Source of the DNA: Piromyces finnis finn
Taxonomy: Eukaryota; Fungi; Neocallimastigomycota
Direction: 5' to 3'
Assembly: GCA_002104945.1 (NCBI GenBank)
Contig: MCFH01000038.1
Coordinates: forward strand, 475,434-539,433
Length of the DNA: 64,000 nt
Shown: piece by piece, positions 59,404-64,000 of the stretch
Position numbering within the stretch: position 1 is the stretch's first letter
Layout: each line of letters opens with the position of its first letter
Notes under the pieces: model-generated
What the model was told of the DNA's origin: nothing
What the model saw: only the letters and a program-made list of their open reading frames with translations
The model's database searches: none
Position numbers and translations under genes: made by a program

Positions 59404-60569
59404 TTTTTGACGAGTTACACCTTATTTCGTACTTGTAAAATATTGTATTAGTTAAATGTATTAGTTAAATTGTCACGAATACTAGTGAAATTACAATTTC
59501 AAGATCACTTGGAATTGTGAAATCACTTATGAAAATTCAAAATCAACAAATATTTTATTTTCAAATAAATTATAAAATTTTATTAAGAAATATTTAAAAA
59601 TTTAGAAAAGGTTAAAATATGACCTTAACCCTTAATAATTTTTATAATAAATAACTTTAACCCTTATCGTTAAAATGGAATAAGAAAAAACACGCGTATC
59701 TCCTCAACGAATGACGATTTTTGAATAAAAATGTTTTGGTTATAATTAAGTTCGTTAGAAAGCCACGCTCGAGACAAACAACATATCTTAAAATCAGGTC
59801 AATATCTCTGCTGGTTCACGAGATATTCCAATTTAAAGATATTTTGTTAGCAATGATTAATTGTTTATTCAGAGAATGATCACCCCTGATATATCAAACA
59901 TAAATCATTCACTCAAAGTATAAAAAATTATTGTTTAATTAAATTAAAATTATTTTCCGGAACTAATTAACTTTATTTTATAATAATTATTTCAACAACA
60001 TAATTTATAATCTTTGAACTAGAGGATTATAATTATTAATATTATATTCAATGAATTATATTATAATTAAGAAATAATTAATATTATGAATATTATAAAC
60101 AATAGTTATTTTTAATAATTAGTAGTAAGTCTTAAGTTTAGCCTTAGTATTATAAAATATATTATGAATATAATCATGTACTAAAAAGTTATTTTAGTAT
60201 TAAATGTAAAATTACAAATAGTATAAATAGTTTAGAATAGTTTTATGAATTAAATCTTTGTAAAGATTATTATCTTATTAATACTTAATAAGTATTACTA
60301 TTAAATAATCTTATTATTATATATATTCTTTAAATAAAATAAAAAGGAATTATTTTAACTATAATACATAATTTAATTATTCATTTATAAATCAATTAAG
60401 ATTATTTTAATAAAACATTTTTTTTCTAACCTAGTTATCTTTTAACCTTTTATTTAATTTGATATTTTAATATTAAATTATAAGTTTAGTAAAACTTTTA
60501 CAATAATCTTTACCGCGTTTTTTACCATAACTACCTTAGGAAAAAACTTAATTTAAAAATTTAAAAAAA

Positions 60570-61481
60570 ATGACTCAACCAACACCTAAACCAGTTCAAC
60601 AATTCCTAAAGCCTCAAGATTTAGAAGAATTTAAGAAAAATCTTTGTGGTGAATTAGACAAGTATATCACTCAACAATTGGATAAAAATACCACCTCCTT
60701 GTTAGAACGTATGGATGCTATGTTAAAGGAACTTAAGAGTCGTGCTAATTATACTGAAACCGAGGAATCTTCTACTGATTATGATGAAGATCATGATGTT
60801 ATAATGCGTAATAGAACCTATCCTATCAAACAAGTACCAGATCCAGGATTCTTTACTGGTGATACTACTCAGACTGAGTTATTCTGCGAACTCTGCCAAG
60901 CTACCTTTAAAACTCCACCTAACAATCAACTATCTGAAGAAGTAAAAATTAACTTTGTTGTTGTTAGATTACGTGATTCTGCCAGAACTTGGTATCATAT
61001 TAAATATAAAGATGGTATTACTCCTATGACTATGAACGAACTATTAAGTGAATTAAACGAAGCTTTTTCAAATGTTACCAGTACCAAATTAGCCATGATT
61101 CAATTAATAGAATTAAGACAAGCTTATGGAAAAGTGAACGATTATATTAACAAATTTAGAGATTTAAGTCGTTGTTTAGAGATAGATGACATTAGTCTTT
61201 CACTAATATTTTTAAATGGTTTACATCCAAAATATAAGAATGAAATTAAGAAAGCTGATATTTTACCTAACACTTTAAGTGAAATGGTTACAAAGTGTAT
61301 AATTTTTGAAAATTCTCTTGCTACTAATAATAAATTAAATATCAATAATAATAATAATAAAAATCAACATTACAATAAGAGAAACAATAGGAAATTCAAT
61401 AAGAATAAAACCCATTATCAAAATTCAAACAATAATAATAATTATGTCAATAAAGTTCAAAAAATGAACTCAAAAAACTAA
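60570..61481 (+). CDS. Gag of element H
   Basis: PDPGFFTGD, ARTWY and Y.NKFR..., typical of retrotransposon capsid domains. Confidence 0.88.
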   Translation: MTQPTPKPVQQFLKPQDLEEFKKNLCGELDKYITQQLDKNTTSLLERMDAMLKELKSRANYTETEESSTDYDEDHDVIMRNRTYPIKQVPDPGFFTGDTTQTELFCELCQATFKTPPNNQLSEEVKINFVVVRLRDSARTWYHIKYKDGITPMTMNELLSELNEAFSNVTSTKLAMIQLIELRQAYGKVNDYINKFRDLSRCLEIDDISLSLIFLNGLHPKYKNEIKKADILPNTLSEMVTKCIIFENSLATNNKLNINNNNNKNQHYNKRNNRKFNKNKTHYQNSNNNNNYVNKVQKMNSKN

Positions 61482-64000
61482 GAAATGAACTCTCAAGAGA
61501 GTCTAAGAGAGTTCATAATACAAAAATAATACATTACAACTTTCCTACATATGACTCTAAAATAAATAAAAAATTGCCTACAACATTTTTCAACTTAAAA
61601 TTTTTTATCCCAATTAAATTAAACAAACTTTATGATTTAAAAAATTCAATTAATAAAAATCAATACAATTTAATTTTAGATAGTGGCTCATATTGCAACT
61701 TTATTTCAATCAACTTGGTCAATAAATTAAAACTAAAACCACACAAATTATTACACTCAATTGAAATAAATGGAATTAGTGGTTCAATATTTATTGATAC
61801 ATACACCTTCTTATATTTTAAGACTACTATCTATATTAATCATTCAAAATTTTTAATTACTTTTAAAGAAAAATTTCTAATTATTAAAAATCTTCCAACA
61901 GATCTGTTATTAGGCAATAAATTTTTACACAAATATCAACTACATTTTAATTATAATAAAAATTTTGTATATTCAAGTTTAAATTTTAACAATTTTAAAA
62001 AATTAAATTCTAATAAAATTATATATAAAATTAATAAAAACCGATTGAATAAATCCAAAAATTTAAAAATTAAAAACATTAATCATAATAAATTAACTTT
62101 CAATACATCTTTTAATAATTTGAAAAATTACTCTAAACCAAAATATCAAAATTTCAGCTATAATTACTTTATTCACTCATTTTTAGCTAATAGTGAAAAA
62201 GATTATAATACTGATAATGATGAAGACTTCAAATTAGAAGAAGTACCAGAACCATATCGTGATTTAGCGGAAGTTTTCAGCAAGGTTAAGGCTGATAAAC
62301 TACCACCACATAGGCTAACGGATTGTAAAATCGTTTTACAAAAAGATGCTTCTTTACATTATGGTCCTATATATCCTCTATCTGAAGATGAATCCCAAGT
62401 TCTTAAAGAATACATAGATGAAAATCTCAAGAAAGGATTCATTAGACCATCTGAATCTCCAGCTGGTTATCCTGTTTTATTTCAGAAAAAGAAGGATGGA
62501 TCGTTACGTCTTTGTATTGATTACAAAAAATTAAATGCAGTTACAATTCGTAATTCTTACCCACTTCCTCTAATTACTGATATTATCGAAAGAGTGAAAG
62601 GTGCTAAATTTTTTTCAAAATTAGATCTTCGTTCTGCTTACAATTTAGTGCGTATTCGTGAAGGAGACGAATATAAGACAGCTTTTAGAACTAAATATGG
62701 TCACTATGAATATTTAGTAATGCCTTTTGGTCTAAGAAATGCCCCTGCTACATTTCAATCATTTATTAATTCAGTATTACGCCCTTATTTAGAAAAATTT
62801 GTTATTTTATATTTAGATGATATTCTGATTTACTCGGAAACATTAGATGAACATATACAACATGTTCGTACTGTTCTCCAAACACTGCTCAAAAATAATT
62901 TATTTGCTAAATTAAAGAAATGTGAATTTCACAAGCCAGAAGTTGAATTTTTAGGACACGTTATATCAGGCAATGGTATATCTACTGATCCAAAGAAAAT
63001 TAAATCTGTCCAAGAATGGCCTACACCTAATTGTGTAAAAGATGTTCAACGCTTTGTTGGATTATGCAACTATTATAGAAGATTTATAAAAGATTTTGCT
63101 ACTATTGCTAAACCGCTTCACAATTTAACAAAGAAAAATACTAGTTTTAATTGGAATGATAAATGTAATAACTCATTTTTAGAATTAAAAAAGAGACTAA
63201 TCTCTTCACCTATTTTATTACATCCAGATCCAACCAAACCATTTATTGTCGAATGCGATGCTAGTAATTTTGCCATTGGTTGTATACTTTCTCAAAAGGA
63301 TGAAGATAACAAATTACATCCTGTAGCATATTATTCAAGATGTTTAAACAATGCTGAATTAAATTATTCAATTACTGAAAAGGAACTTTTAGCTATAAAA
63401 TGTGCATTTTCTACCTGGAGACATTTATTACTAGGTGCTAAATACCAAGTAACCGTTTTTACTGACCATAAAAACCTTCTATACACCTTAGGTGGTAAAG
63501 TCGGAAACCAACGTCAACATCGTTGGCATTTATTTTTCCAAGAATATAATTTTCAATTAATATACCGCCAAGGAAGAAAAAATGGTAAACCTGATAGTTT
63601 GTCAAGAAGACCTGATTACGAGAAAAATAATGTTGAACCTAAACCAGAACATATATTAGATTATAAAAACGTTCCCGATACTCCATGTTTTGTTGGTATT
63701 GTTGGTTCTCTCATTGATCAAATAATAGAAAATTATAAGGATGATGAAAATGCGAATAATATTTATCTTTACTTTAGTCCTAATAATGCTAATCAAGGTT
63801 ACTTTTACAGACCTTTCAGAAAAATGGAAAAATTTAAAATAAAAAATAATTTAATTTTATATAATAATTTAATTTATGTACCAGAAAAACTTCATGTAGA
63901 TATTTTAACCAGGTACCATGATAACGCTACTGCTGGACATTTAGGTATTCGAAGAACTGAAGAACTAATTAACCGTAATTTTTTTAACCGTAATTTTTTG
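61472..64000 (+). CDS. Pol of element H in the -1 frame (protease, RT, RNase H, start of integrase); runs off the window and is absent from the ORF track
   Basis: Frame open from 61454; LILDSGS, MPFGLRNAP, YLDD, ECDAS, RYHD..TAGH. Confidence 0.92.

Larger units (their letters stand above)
59434..64000 (+). mobile_element. Ty3/gypsy element H, 3' truncated by the window; inferred 5' LTR 59434-60502
   Basis: TGTAAAA...TTTTACA termini followed by a self-priming-type PBS, then gag and pol. The second LTR is outside the window. Confidence 0.85.

Overview
Very AT-rich eukaryotic DNA with GT-AG introns; gene content and composition suggest a fungus, plausibly an anaerobic gut fungus (Neocallimastigomycota; inference, not proven). 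The first 12 kb holds five intron-rich housekeeping genes (SPRTN-like, RVS161-like, TLS1/C9orf78-like, RRP36, MPDU1-like). 13.3-18 kb is a recently inserted non-autonomous LTR element carrying a decayed, intronless seryl-tRNA synthetase fragment. 18-27 kb holds four intronless genes (ankyrin protein, secreted orphan, two S8 subtilases). 27.4-64 kb is almost entirely LTR retrotransposons arranged around three tRNA genes. The main signal is tRNA-gene-targeted integration. One Ty3/gypsy family sits exactly 16 nt upstream of two different tRNA genes, and eight LTR elements from several families are stacked end to end (1-8 nt apart) leading to tRNA-Ser, as expected if each inserted just upstream of the tRNA and pushed older ones away. 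Three gypsy families show Tf1-type self-priming signals and two show -1 frameshift signals. Family labels A-P are my own. All coordinates and alignments were read by eye and may be off by a few nt.
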